The position numbers were made by a program, and so were the translations under genes. 64,000 nt of DNA, from NCBI GenBank assembly GCA_013285735.1, contig JABDGZ010000004.1, forward strand, positions 999-64,998, in the 5' to 3' direction. The stretch's first letter is position 1, and each line of letters starts with the position of its first letter. The stretch comes from Candidatus Omnitrophota bacterium. GTDB taxonomy: Bacteria > Omnitrophota > Gorgyraeia > Zapsychrales > Fredricksoniimonadaceae. Shown piece by piece: positions 54,278 through 63,598 of the stretch. Below the pieces are notes generated by a model, which was not told the origin of the DNA, ran no database searches, and saw only the letters and a program-made list of their open reading frames with translations.

Positions 54278-54637
54278 TTACATCATTTTAACATTATCAC
54301 GTCGGTATCGTGGTTGACGTTTGATCACTCTTGCTTCAATTCCTTCAAGTAAATTTGCCCATGATGCACGGTCAAGACAGCTACCATCATCAGAAGGGAT
54401 CACAAACCTACCTGCTTCAAGCCGTTTATACCACAACGCATAACCATCGTTATCCCAATAGAGAACTTTTAACTTGGTTTTATTTACATTTAGAAAAACA
54501 AACCAATCGCCATTTAAGGGGTCTTCATGCATTTCATCGGTCACCATCAATGACAAACGATCAAAACTTCTGCGCAAATCACAGCTGCCGCGATATAAAA
54601 ATATCCTGACATTGTTCAAATTAATTCCTGAGATCAT
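54278..54637 (-). CDS. tnpB: IS66 Orf2 accessory protein TnpB
   Basis: 119 aa with [23 protein letters not shown], the characteristic IS66 Orf2. Confidence 0.85.
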   Translation of the reverse strand: MISGINLNNVRIFLYRGSCDLRRSFDRLSLMVTDEMHEDPLNGDWFVFLNVNKTKLKVLYWDNDGYALWYKRLEAGRFVIPSDDGSCLDRASWANLLEGIEARVIKRQPRYRRDNVKMM

Positions 54638-54936
54638 ATGGCTTTGACCAACCCAAGGATCTTTTGGAAAATCAATTCATCAAAACCATTGAGCTCGATC
54701 TTGTACCCATTGGGGGTTTCAATATGAAGATCCTTCAGGGTGGGGAATGAAGGTTTGATTAACCGAAGGAATCCTGGCTTGGGAGATTCATTACTGATTA
54801 ATCTTTTACGCCATGCATAAAAATTGCTTATGTTGATATTTTTATTCTTGCAGTATTGGGATATTGATAAACCGCTGGTAGGTTGGGCAAAAAGTATTTT
54901 TTGCCATTGCTTCTTTGATCGAAAAATTTTCTTCAT
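54634..54936 (-). CDS. tnpA: IS66 Orf1 (TnpA-like helix-turn-helix protein)
   Basis: 100 aa with a 4-bp overlap with orf2 and an AGGAGG RBS. Confidence 0.7.
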   Translation of the reverse strand: MKKIFRSKKQWQKILFAQPTSGLSISQYCKNKNINISNFYAWRKRLISNESPKPGFLRLIKPSFPTLKDLHIETPNGYKIELNGFDELIFQKILGLVKAI

Positions 54937-55026
54937 CGACGTTCCTCCTATGAATTGTTATAATAATGCAATATTTTACCGCACTATTAAAATGATTCAT
55001 AGATGGATTAGTCGGACGGATACATT

Positions 55027-58000
55027 TTGAGTGGAAATGAGAATTCAGAAAATAAATCTTCACGTTTACAATTCGTTGACATAGTGAATCCGACCCTTGT
55101 TACCCAAATATATCATGAGGCAAATAAAATAATTGGAAATGCCGCTAAATGGACTATTGCAAAACACAAGTTTTCTGAGTTCGATCCAAGAATATTAGAA
55201 GAATTAATGAAGCCAGAAAATGATATTTTGGAGAATATTTCTTCAACAGAGGTCCGTTTAAAGGCTAATTTAGACTGGAATAAACTTATTAGGATACAAG
55301 AAATTGCGGGAAGTGATTTTGAAAAAATTAGGGACATTTTGCAACAGTCCGAAGTGAGAACTGAATATAAATTTGAAATTAAAGATTTTGCTCCCAAAAC
55401 TCCTGATTATTCATCTTTTGAGGGTAAGACAATTGATAGTTTGAAAGAATTTGATGAATGGGCCCAAGTTTACGCACTTGCTTTTTTACCTGCAGCTTAT
55501 GGTGACCCGCAACTCATTGATAAATCGAGACAGGAAATTTTATCTGTAATTGATAAGGACCCAAGAAAGAGGGATCTTTGGTCAATGGTAAGAAATGGCT
55601 TCAATCAAATGACCTCTATTACTACTAAAGACACTGAGCGGAAATCACATTTGAAAACACATCTTGGCACTATTTTAGACGATAGAAAGGGTATTGAAGA
55701 AAAGCTTGAAGAATTGAATAATACTCGCACATTGCCGGAATTGGATGAAATGATAGCAGCAAATAATGTAATGTCATCGGTAGGGAATGGGGTGGTGACA
55801 AGCGGGGAAATAGGAAAAATTGCAGCGGGATTATTACCGGGATTGGCGTCTGGTTTAGGGGCTATTGATCAACCAATAGAATCTTTCGTTAATGCGGCGA
55901 TGAATGCAAGGGATCAGGCGATGACTGTGGTCGATCAAAGGGATCGATTGGTTCGAAATTTGAGAATCTTGTTAGAAAGGCCGGATGTTCAAATAGGATT
56001 AGGTAATCATGAGGCTGTTCGTTACATGTTAAATGGCGTAGCAAGTGCCGCAACAATAAATCCTGGTCCCGCTGCTGTTATTTCATTAGAAAGTTATATA
56101 AAAAAGATAGAAGATTTACTTATTCCAGTGAAACAAAAAATTGAGCTACTAAAGAAGCTTCACAACGAAAATCCTGAGGTTTTCAATGAAGTTGATCAAA
56201 TGGTGATGCTTGAGAATGAAGGATATTCTCCAAAAAAGAGATCGATTGTAAATAAATTAGATAAGGATGAAAATAGTTTTTTGTTTTCTAAGGTTACTAA
56301 GATTCTTGGAGCACGCATATATTATGTGGATCCAACTGTTAAAATACTTATGGCGCATTATGTTCAGGAAGAAGGTGCTAATAAAAGAATAACTTATCAA
56401 GAGCCAACTGCGCTTTTGTTTTCTACATCATCATCCGTCGCCAAGATACAGGCCCAAGCAGCGACACCGGCAGAATGGATTCAAAGGAATCATATGTATG
56501 TTATTGATGGTAGGGAGAAGTTTACAGATCTTGTGAGGTTTACAGAATATTTACTCAAGGCTTATCGAGCCAATCCACATATTCCAGTTGTAGGCTATTT
56601 AGATAAATGGTGTGTGCTTCCAACTCCTCTCGACTTAGTAAAGGAGCGTTTGATCGGTTCCAATGATGTTGTCCGTGCGCTTTCTGATGAAGCGGTAAGT
56701 CGTTCTAATAATATGCCGGTATCAAGTGACGGCATTTTCGATTTGTATTATTTTGCGTCTAAGCTTCTAGATGAAAGGCAAATAAGAGCAACACCTTTCG
56801 TTACGGGTGAATTTAAAGGCGTTACATTAACTGCAATTCGTGAATCGACAATAGAAAGCATTATCACTGAATATAATAAGGTGGTGGCCCGTCCGACAGA
56901 ACCCTATGCTCCTCAAGGCAGCATTGATGGTCAAGCAGCGACACCAAGAGAATGGATGGAAAGACATAATATTCAAATTTTAGAAGGCAGATCATTAAAC
57001 GGTATTAAAAGTGTTGAAGAATTGGCTATGATTTTAGTTCAGCAATTTCAAACCAGACAAAGGCCTGTTGCGGCTGAATGGGAAGGGACTTGGTTAATGA
57101 CAGATCCTTATTTATTCCTGGAGGCGGCTAATCTTGTTGACGTTGGTCAAAGAATGGTTTATGAATGGAGAGAGCGTAAAGCTCGTGCCACTGTTTTGGA
57201 TAGAGGCATTCCAGATTTGAATAATTTTGCGGCTACGTTATTGGATGAAAGGCAAATACGGGGCGATGTTGTGGTTAAAGGCGAATTTGGAGGGATTACT
57301 TTAGTAGCCAATGGACGCACAACGTTACGCAATATTATTCGTCAATATAATGTGGCGGTAAAAAGCATTCCTTCTGTTGGCCCTTTTGATAGTAGTCGCG
57401 AGGTAAAAAGCTTGGATGCATTGGTTAAACGGCATAATATATTATGGATTAACGGGAATGAAATTTTTAGAAAAAGAGGACGGCTGGGGAAGGCTGCTGA
57501 TATCATAGATTTCGCTTTGGATTTAATTGATTTTCAACGTCTAAATCCAATCCAGCCGCATGGCGGCACATGGAATGGGGTGAGCCTAATTTTAGATCCG
57601 TTTTACTTAATGGGGGTTAGCACAGTCGTTGCTAATAAAATTAAAACTCAATATGATCGTCGTTTTAGTAATGAGGAAGAGCCTAATAGACCTATGGAAA
57701 GCTTGTTAGATTTTGCCATCAGACTTTTAGAGGAGAGGGTAATAAGAAGAGATTCTTTCCCAAATGCAAAGCAATTTGAAGCTATCTATAAAGATCCGTC
57801 CGACCAATCTGATGATAAGGGCACCAGTTTAATAGTAACTCCACAATCAACAGTAAAAAGTATTATAGGTCAGTATAATAGAAAGAACCCGCTAAAGCCT
57901 TATACCCCTAACCATAACGAATTAAGAGTTTTTTATGAAGATAAAATGGGAACTGGCGGGATGGGTTTTATTAGGTTTTTACTTGAGGAATACCGATGGG

Positions 58001-58569
58001 ACCCAAGCAGGCCGGTTATTGGCCTAACGCATGGTAAATGGGTCACCCCAGAGCCTTCTGACTTGGTTGTCGATCCTTATTCCGCTGTTTCTAGAATTTC
58101 TAAGGAATTGGAAGATCGGATAAATAATAATCCTTTAGCAGATGACGGTATTGAAGACGTGAGGGATTATGCAGAGGAACTTCTTCATGAAAGAGATATG
58201 AGACAAACACAACAATCTGTTGATAAAGTTACATTTAAAGGCATACAATTAATAGTATCTCCACAATCAACAATAAATAGTATTGTCGAAGATTACAATC
58301 AACAAACTGCTCAATCTCCATCGGCGACAGATGATCAGGCGATGAAGGTCACTGAGAAAAGGTCTAATGGGCCAGGTGGTATCGATTTAAGCCCTGCTAA
58401 TAATGTTTTACAAACCCGAAATGCTGGCATAGGGATCAAATTTCACTTAGATGCTGCCCAGCTTGCCCAATGGCAAAAAGCCCCAGGTGTGATGATTGAG
58501 GATATTACTATCCAGCCGCTTAAAAGTCTTTCTGTCTTTCTTGGTCTACCTGACAGCCAACCTGTTTAA
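55027..58569 (+). CDS. large protein of unknown function, about 1180 aa, with four tandem repeat modules of about 170 aa and the shared C-terminal module. The 5' end is possibly truncated by the IS66 insertion.
   Basis: It starts at a TTG immediately after an in-frame stop, about 90 bp from the IS66 orf1 start, with no SD sequence. The repeats carry LL(D/E)ER.IR...GEF.G(I/V)TL......I..YN. The C-terminus is GPGGIDLSPANNVLQTRNAGIGIKFHLDAAQLAQWQKAPGVMIEDITIQPLKSLSVFLGL. Confidence 0.65.
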   Translation: MSGNENSENKSSRLQFVDIVNPTLVTQIYHEANKIIGNAAKWTIAKHKFSEFDPRILEELMKPENDILENISSTEVRLKANLDWNKLIRIQEIAGSDFEKIRDILQQSEVRTEYKFEIKDFAPKTPDYSSFEGKTIDSLKEFDEWAQVYALAFLPAAYGDPQLIDKSRQEILSVIDKDPRKRDLWSMVRNGFNQMTSITTKDTERKSHLKTHLGTILDDRKGIEEKLEELNNTRTLPELDEMIAANNVMSSVGNGVVTSGEIGKIAAGLLPGLASGLGAIDQPIESFVNAAMNARDQAMTVVDQRDRLVRNLRILLERPDVQIGLGNHEAVRYMLNGVASAATINPGPAAVISLESYIKKIEDLLIPVKQKIELLKKLHNENPEVFNEVDQMVMLENEGYSPKKRSIVNKLDKDENSFLFSKVTKILGARIYYVDPTVKILMAHYVQEEGANKRITYQEPTALLFSTSSSVAKIQAQAATPAEWIQRNHMYVIDGREKFTDLVRFTEYLLKAYRANPHIPVVGYLDKWCVLPTPLDLVKERLIGSNDVVRALSDEAVSRSNNMPVSSDGIFDLYYFASKLLDERQIRATPFVTGEFKGVTLTAIRESTIESIITEYNKVVARPTEPYAPQGSIDGQAATPREWMERHNIQILEGRSLNGIKSVEELAMILVQQFQTRQRPVAAEWEGTWLMTDPYLFLEAANLVDVGQRMVYEWRERKARATVLDRGIPDLNNFAATLLDERQIRGDVVVKGEFGGITLVANGRTTLRNIIRQYNVAVKSIPSVGPFDSSREVKSLDALVKRHNILWINGNEIFRKRGRLGKAADIIDFALDLIDFQRLNPIQPHGGTWNGVSLILDPFYLMGVSTVVANKIKTQYDRRFSNEEEPNRPMESLLDFAIRLLEERVIRRDSFPNAKQFEAIYKDPSDQSDDKGTSLIVTPQSTVKSIIGQYNRKNPLKPYTPNHNELRVFYEDKMGTGGMGFIRFLLEEYRWDPSRPVIGLTHGKWVTPEPSDLVVDPYSAVSRISKELEDRINNNPLADDGIEDVRDYAEELLHERDMRQTQQSVDKVTFKGIQLIVSPQSTINSIVEDYNQQTAQSPSATDDQAMKVTEKRSNGPGGIDLSPANNVLQTRNAGIGIKFHLDAAQLAQWQKAPGVMIEDITIQPLKSLSVFLGLPDSQPV

Positions 58570-60092
58570 AAGGTGGCCCTATCCAAACTCCTGTACCCAA
58601 CAGCTTCAGCAATATGCTCGGGCAAAATAATATCACTCCCCGACAAGTCACTTATAGTTCTGCTAACCTTGAGTATTTTATCGTGTGCCCTGGCTGAGAA
58701 TTTTAATTCTTCCATGGCCCTGATTAAAATTCCTTTAGCTTCTTTTGATAAAGAACAAAAATTACGTAGGTGTGAACTTTCCATGTGGGCATTGCACAAG
58801 ACGGGCAGGCCTTTAAAGCGTTGCCACTGTATTTGACGCGCCTGCGTGGTGCGTTCTTTGATCGTTGCGGAAGATTCTTCCGACGGAGCATCAACAAGTT
58901 CACGGGTTTTCAAGGGCAGGGCGTGCAGATGGATGTCGATGCGGTCTAGCAGCGGCCCGGAGATTTTATGCCGGTATTTTTCAACTTGAAGATTAGAACA
59001 GCGGCATGTTTTTCCAGGAACATCTTTGTATCCGCAGGGGCAAGGGTTCATGGCCGCGATGAGCATAAACCGGGTTGGAAAACGTAAACTCCCTCGAGAA
59101 CGTGCGATACTGACATAACCGTCTTCCAGGGGCTGGCGTAACACTTCCAGCACATGGCGATTGAATTCCAGGAATTCATCCAGGAACAAAACACCGTTAT
59201 GGGCGAGCGTCACCTCGCCGGGACGAGGTCCGCTGCCGCCACCGATAATAGCCACATCCGACGCTGTATGATGAGGCGCCCTAAAGGGGCGCTGGGTGAT
59301 AATGCCCTCAGCATTTTTTAGCAGGCCTGCGACCGAATGGATTTGGGTGGTTTGCAAGACTTCAGCAGGAGTCATATCTGGCAAGATCGTTGTCAGTCGT
59401 TTAGCTAACATGGTTTTACCGCTGCCAGGCGCACCGATCAAAAGCACATTATGCCCGCCGGCAGCTGCCACCTCGAGGCCCCGTTTAATATATTGCTGGG
59501 CTTTGACTTCGCTAAAGTCAAAATTACTGCGATGAGAATTTTTAAGCAGAACTTCAAAATTTGTCTCAACAGCACTGAGTATTTTGGAATCCATCAAAAA
59601 TGCCACAACCTCGTTGAGATGTTTGGCTGGAAAAACAGGACAGCCCGCCAGCGCTGCTTCTTTGGCGTTTTCAAAAGGAACAATAAGCCCCTGGCAATTG
59701 CTGCTGGCCGCGGCCAGGGCAACAGATAAAGCGCCCTGCACAGGTTGTATACGTCCATCTAAAGAAAGTTCACCTATAAAAGCGTAAGGATTTAAAGTCT
59801 CCGGGGGTATCAGGCCTTGGGCTGCCAGGACGCCCAGGGCAATGGCCAAATCATAACAGGGCCCTTGTTTTTTAGTATCGGCGGGTGCCAAATTGATGGT
59901 AATCCTTTGGGCGGGGAATTCAAAACCGCTATTTTTGATGGCCGCGCGAATGCGTTCACGGCTTTCTTTAACGGCATTATCAGGCAAGCCAACCACGGTT
60001 ATAGTGGGCAGCCCAGGACTTATATCTGTTTCAATACCAACAGGATAGGCTTCCAAGCCGCAAAGGCCAAACGAGGCAATTCGAGCTAACAT
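58566..60092 (-). CDS. yifB: YifB/ComM family Mg-chelatase-like AAA+ ATPase
   Basis: 508 aa with an N-terminal Lon-like domain and Walker A GAPGSGKTMLAKR. Confidence 0.85.
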   Translation of the reverse strand: MLARIASFGLCGLEAYPVGIETDISPGLPTITVVGLPDNAVKESRERIRAAIKNSGFEFPAQRITINLAPADTKKQGPCYDLAIALGVLAAQGLIPPETLNPYAFIGELSLDGRIQPVQGALSVALAAASSNCQGLIVPFENAKEAALAGCPVFPAKHLNEVVAFLMDSKILSAVETNFEVLLKNSHRSNFDFSEVKAQQYIKRGLEVAAAGGHNVLLIGAPGSGKTMLAKRLTTILPDMTPAEVLQTTQIHSVAGLLKNAEGIITQRPFRAPHHTASDVAIIGGGSGPRPGEVTLAHNGVLFLDEFLEFNRHVLEVLRQPLEDGYVSIARSRGSLRFPTRFMLIAAMNPCPCGYKDVPGKTCRCSNLQVEKYRHKISGPLLDRIDIHLHALPLKTRELVDAPSEESSATIKERTTQARQIQWQRFKGLPVLCNAHMESSHLRNFCSLSKEAKGILIRAMEELKFSARAHDKILKVSRTISDLSGSDIILPEHIAEAVGYRSLDRATF

Positions 60093-60273
60093 AATTGGTC
60101 CAATAGGATGCGGGGGAGTTAGTGGTTAAGAGGCGCTGCTTAGGGGGTAAGCAGCTAAAAGCTTCACTTGCTTTTTTGGAGAGCAAGAATATAATGGTAG
60201 CCTAACATAAACAGAAATACCCGTCAAGTATCTGTAATTATGGTACTTTACGGTAACGAAAGAATCGTGACAT

Positions 60274-60735
60274 TTGTTAGGTTTATATCCACATTCGTTT
60301 TTTCCCGAGATTTTTCAAAACAGGATTCTTTTAGTCACCTTGGCTGTTTGGTTTCAAGCCCAATTGATCAAGGTCATTTTAGGGGTATTTAAGGAAAAAC
60401 GGTTTAATTTTCGCTGGTTTATTGGTACTGGCGGCATGCCCTCCAGCCACGCGGCCGGAGCATCAGCGTTGGCCACTTCAGTGGGATTGGAATATGGTTT
60501 TAACAGTCCTCTTTTTGCCGTGTCAGCTGCCTTTGCCATGGTGACGATGTTCGATGCCCAGGGAGTGCGCCGGGCAACAGGTTACCAGGCGACCATCCTT
60601 AATAAAATGATGGACGATATTTACTGGAAAGGCCAGATTGAAGAACAAAAATTAAAAGAATTAGTAGGGCATACGCCTATCGAAGTGCTCGCAGGACTTA
60701 TTTTTGGTGTGACGTGTGCCATGGTTTTATATTAG
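60274..60735 (+). CDS. divergent PAP2 family (acid-phosphatase-like) membrane protein
   Basis: GMPSSHAAGASALATSVG motif. 153 aa. Confidence 0.7.
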   Translation: MLGLYPHSFFPEIFQNRILLVTLAVWFQAQLIKVILGVFKEKRFNFRWFIGTGGMPSSHAAGASALATSVGLEYGFNSPLFAVSAAFAMVTMFDAQGVRRATGYQATILNKMMDDIYWKGQIEEQKLKELVGHTPIEVLAGLIFGVTCAMVLY

Positions 60736-60752
60736 ATTAAGGAGAGTCAGCA

Positions 60753-61577
60753 ATGAATCAGAAAGTTTTAATTGGTATTATAGCAGCCATTATATTGGCC
60801 GTCGGTGCTGTTGTTATTCTTCAACATCATAAAGCAGCTGCTGCTTCCAAAGATTCCGAAGAAACGAACGTTCCTGTTAATCAGCTTCTGGCCGAAGCAG
60901 CCCAGTACGAAGCCAGCGGAGATAAGCTTAAAGCCAAGGAAGCCTACGATCAGATCATTAGTAATTATCCGGATTATGATAACATTGAAGATGTCCAAAA
61001 TAAGCTTGGCGAACTGAACATTGATCTTATTTTTTCTCCCGCTCAAATGCCTCAAACAATTTCTTATGAAATCGTCCCCGGAGATTCCTTAGGCAAGTTG
61101 GCCCGAAAATTTAAAACCACTCCACAATTGATCAAAAGGGCTAATGGATTAAAGAGTGATGTGATACGCACCGGGGAAACATTGCGTATATGGACGGCAC
61201 CGTTTAATATTTTGGTTAACAAATCTCAAAATGTGCTGTTTTTAAAGTCCGGCGAAGAGGTTTTTAAGATTTATCACGTGTCGACGGGAAAAGACAATAT
61301 TACACCGGTGGGGACCTTTAAGATCGCCACCAAAATAGAAAATCCGGTATGGTTTAGAAATGGGGGAGCACCGATTCCCTCGGAAAGCCCGGACAATCCA
61401 TTAGGCAGCCGCTGGATGGGTTTTGATACAGACACCCATTACGGCATTCACGGCACCATCCATCCTGAAAGCATCGGACAACAGGTGACAGAAGGATGCG
61501 TGCGCCTGAAGAATTCGGATGTGGAAGAACTTTTTGATATTGTCCCGGTCGGGACTGAAGTGGTTATCCAAAATTAA
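60753..61577 (+). CDS. L,D-transpeptidase (YkuD) with LysM domain
   Basis: TM anchor, a LysM domain (YEIVPGDSLGKLARKF...LKSDVIRTGETLRI) and the catalytic motif HGT...GCVRL. Confidence 0.8.
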   Translation: MNQKVLIGIIAAIILAVGAVVILQHHKAAAASKDSEETNVPVNQLLAEAAQYEASGDKLKAKEAYDQIISNYPDYDNIEDVQNKLGELNIDLIFSPAQMPQTISYEIVPGDSLGKLARKFKTTPQLIKRANGLKSDVIRTGETLRIWTAPFNILVNKSQNVLFLKSGEEVFKIYHVSTGKDNITPVGTFKIATKIENPVWFRNGGAPIPSESPDNPLGSRWMGFDTDTHYGIHGTIHPESIGQQVTEGCVRLKNSDVEELFDIVPVGTEVVIQN

Positions 61578-61592
61578 AAGGTAAGAATATTT

Positions 61593-62546
61593 ATGGCAAC
61601 ACTGGATTTTGAAAAGCCGATTATCGAGCTTGAAGATAAAATTGATGATTTACGCAAAATGGGCTCCAAAAGGGTGACTCTTGAGCCTGAGATCAAGCGC
61701 CTTGAGTCTAAGCTCGAGAAGCTTAAAAATGATATTTATAATAATATGACGTCCTGGCAGCGTGTGCAAATCGCGCGCCACCCCAAACGGCCGTATACCC
61801 TAGATTATATCCGGTTGATGACGGATGAATTCTTGGAATTGCATGGCGACAGGCTTTTTGCCGACGATAATGCTATGATCGGTGGTTTTGCCAAGATTGA
61901 CGGGCAGAAAGTCATGATCATCGGCCATCAAAAGGGCCGTGACGTTAAAGAAAATGTTTTGCGTAATTTCGGCTGCGCCCACCCGGAAGGTTACCGCAAG
62001 GCGATAAGGCTGATGCGCCTGGCAGCTAAATTTGGAGTGCCGGTCATCTGCCTTATTGATACACCAGGTGCGTATCCTGGCATTGGAGCAGAAGAACGCG
62101 GCCAAGCCCAGGCCATTGCTGAAAATTTGAGGGACATGGCTGGCATCAAAACACCTATCGTGGCCGTGATCATTGGCGAAGGGGGCAGCGGCGGGGCCCT
62201 AGGGATCGGCGTTGCTGACCATATTTTTATTTTGCAGCACGCCTATTATTCCGTTATCTCGCCCGAGGGTTGTGCGTCCATCCTGTGGCGCAGTTCTTTA
62301 AAAGCCCCTCTTGCCGCTGAAGCTTTGAAATTACATGGGGAAGATTTGATAAAATTTAATATTGTGGATGAGATCATCCCCGAACCTTTGGGCGGCGCTC
62401 ACCGGGATCCGCAAGAAGTCTCCCAACATTTAAAGGCAGCGCTCCTGAAATATTTTAAAAAAGCATCTGCGTTAAGTTCACAAGCGTTGTTAGACGCCCG
62501 CTACAAAAAATACCGGGACATCGGTGAATTCATCGAGAAAAAATGA
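61593..62546 (+). CDS. accA: acetyl-CoA carboxylase carboxyltransferase alpha subunit
   Basis: 317 aa with the N-terminal LDFEKPI..LE coil and GGALGIGVAD motif. Confidence 0.9.
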   Translation: MATLDFEKPIIELEDKIDDLRKMGSKRVTLEPEIKRLESKLEKLKNDIYNNMTSWQRVQIARHPKRPYTLDYIRLMTDEFLELHGDRLFADDNAMIGGFAKIDGQKVMIIGHQKGRDVKENVLRNFGCAHPEGYRKAIRLMRLAAKFGVPVICLIDTPGAYPGIGAEERGQAQAIAENLRDMAGIKTPIVAVIIGEGGSGGALGIGVADHIFILQHAYYSVISPEGCASILWRSSLKAPLAAEALKLHGEDLIKFNIVDEIIPEPLGGAHRDPQEVSQHLKAALLKYFKKASALSSQALLDARYKKYRDIGEFIEKK

Positions 62547-63589
62547 CCCTCCAGCCAGATATCCGTGATCTGTCTTTAGAAGAATTAACAGCCTATTTGA
62601 AATCCGTCGCTGCAGAGCCTTTTCGTGCCGAGCAAATTTTTCAATGGATCTATCAAAAGGGAGCCTGGGGTTTTGATGCGATGAGCAATATCCCTAAAGG
62701 GTTAAGGGACCGTTTGAAAAAAGATTTTGACCTCAAACCTAATGAAATTTCCCAAAAGTTAATTTCCGAGGACGGCACTACTAAATTTCTTTTTGATCTG
62801 CACGATCATGAAAAGATTGAAAGTGTCTTGATCCCCACCGCGACCAGGACAACAGCCTGTATTTCAACCCAGGCGGGATGTAAGTTTGGCTGTAAATTTT
62901 GTGCCAGTGGTATCGGCGGTTGGAAGCGTAATCTTAGCTGTGCGGAGATCGTGACCCAGGTTTTACACGTCAAAGAAGAAGCGTTAAAACATAAGAGACC
63001 GTTGACCAATATTGTGTTTATGGGAACGGGTGAACCTTTGGATAATTTTGTCAATTTGATGAAAGCGATCCGTATCATCAATTCAGGTAAGGGAATCAAT
63101 ATCGGGGCCCGCCATATTACTATCTCTACCGTCGGTGTTGTTCCCAAGATCAAAGAGTTGGCCCTTGAAGGCCTGCAGGTGGAATTGGCGATTTCTTTAC
63201 ATGGGTATGATAATCCCTCCCGTAATGTGCTTATGCCGGTCAATAAAAAATACCCCTTTGATGAGCTGATTGCGGCCTGCCGTGAATATGTCCGTTTGAC
63301 CAAACGTCAAATTACCTTTGAATATATCCTCATTAAGAATGTTACCTGTACGACTCACGCCGTGGCAAGTTTGAAGAAATCTTTTAAGGGAATCATCTGT
63401 AAGATGAATCTTATTCCTTATAATCCCGTTTCAGAATTTGGCCACCAAACACCGTCGAAAGAAGAAATGGTGGCCTTTCGCAATAGTCTTGAAGATAGTG
63501 GCGTTCATGCAACTATACGGACACCGCGCGGCAAAGATGTGAACGCTGCCTGCGGGCAGTTAAGGCATGCGGCAAATGCAATAGGCTAG
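62543..63589 (+). CDS. rlmN: 23S rRNA/tRNA (adenine-C2)-methyltransferase RlmN (radical SAM)
   Basis: GCKFGCKFCASG CxxxCxxC, plus C-terminal C...NLIPYNP motifs. Confidence 0.85.
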   Translation: MTLQPDIRDLSLEELTAYLKSVAAEPFRAEQIFQWIYQKGAWGFDAMSNIPKGLRDRLKKDFDLKPNEISQKLISEDGTTKFLFDLHDHEKIESVLIPTATRTTACISTQAGCKFGCKFCASGIGGWKRNLSCAEIVTQVLHVKEEALKHKRPLTNIVFMGTGEPLDNFVNLMKAIRIINSGKGINIGARHITISTVGVVPKIKELALEGLQVELAISLHGYDNPSRNVLMPVNKKYPFDELIAACREYVRLTKRQITFEYILIKNVTCTTHAVASLKKSFKGIICKMNLIPYNPVSEFGHQTPSKEEMVAFRNSLEDSGVHATIRTPRGKDVNAACGQLRHAANAIG

Positions 63590-63598
63590 ATCTTCTAA

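Larger units (their letters stand above)
52600..55031 (-). mobile_element. IS66-family insertion sequence with complete tnpA-tnpB-tnpC; the boundaries are approximate
   Basis: Three-ORF IS66 organisation with typical sizes (100, 119 and 518 aa). A candidate 8-bp direct repeat ATTTTGAG lies at 52629..52636 and 55024..55031. I could not identify the terminal inverted repeats by eye. Confidence 0.75.

Noticed and set aside
53362-54609. Several 80-100-aa + ORFs inside the IS66 tnpC and tnpB genes
   Set aside because: Antisense to transposase genes that have clear family signatures.
60100-60270. Hairpins (GCTGCTTA..TAAGCAGC) in the yifB / PAP2 divergent spacer, considered as a possible sRNA or terminator
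   Set aside because: Both flanking genes are transcribed away from the spacer, so a terminator role is unlikely. The stems are short and no T-tract follows in either orientation. Most likely this is just promoter or UTR structure.
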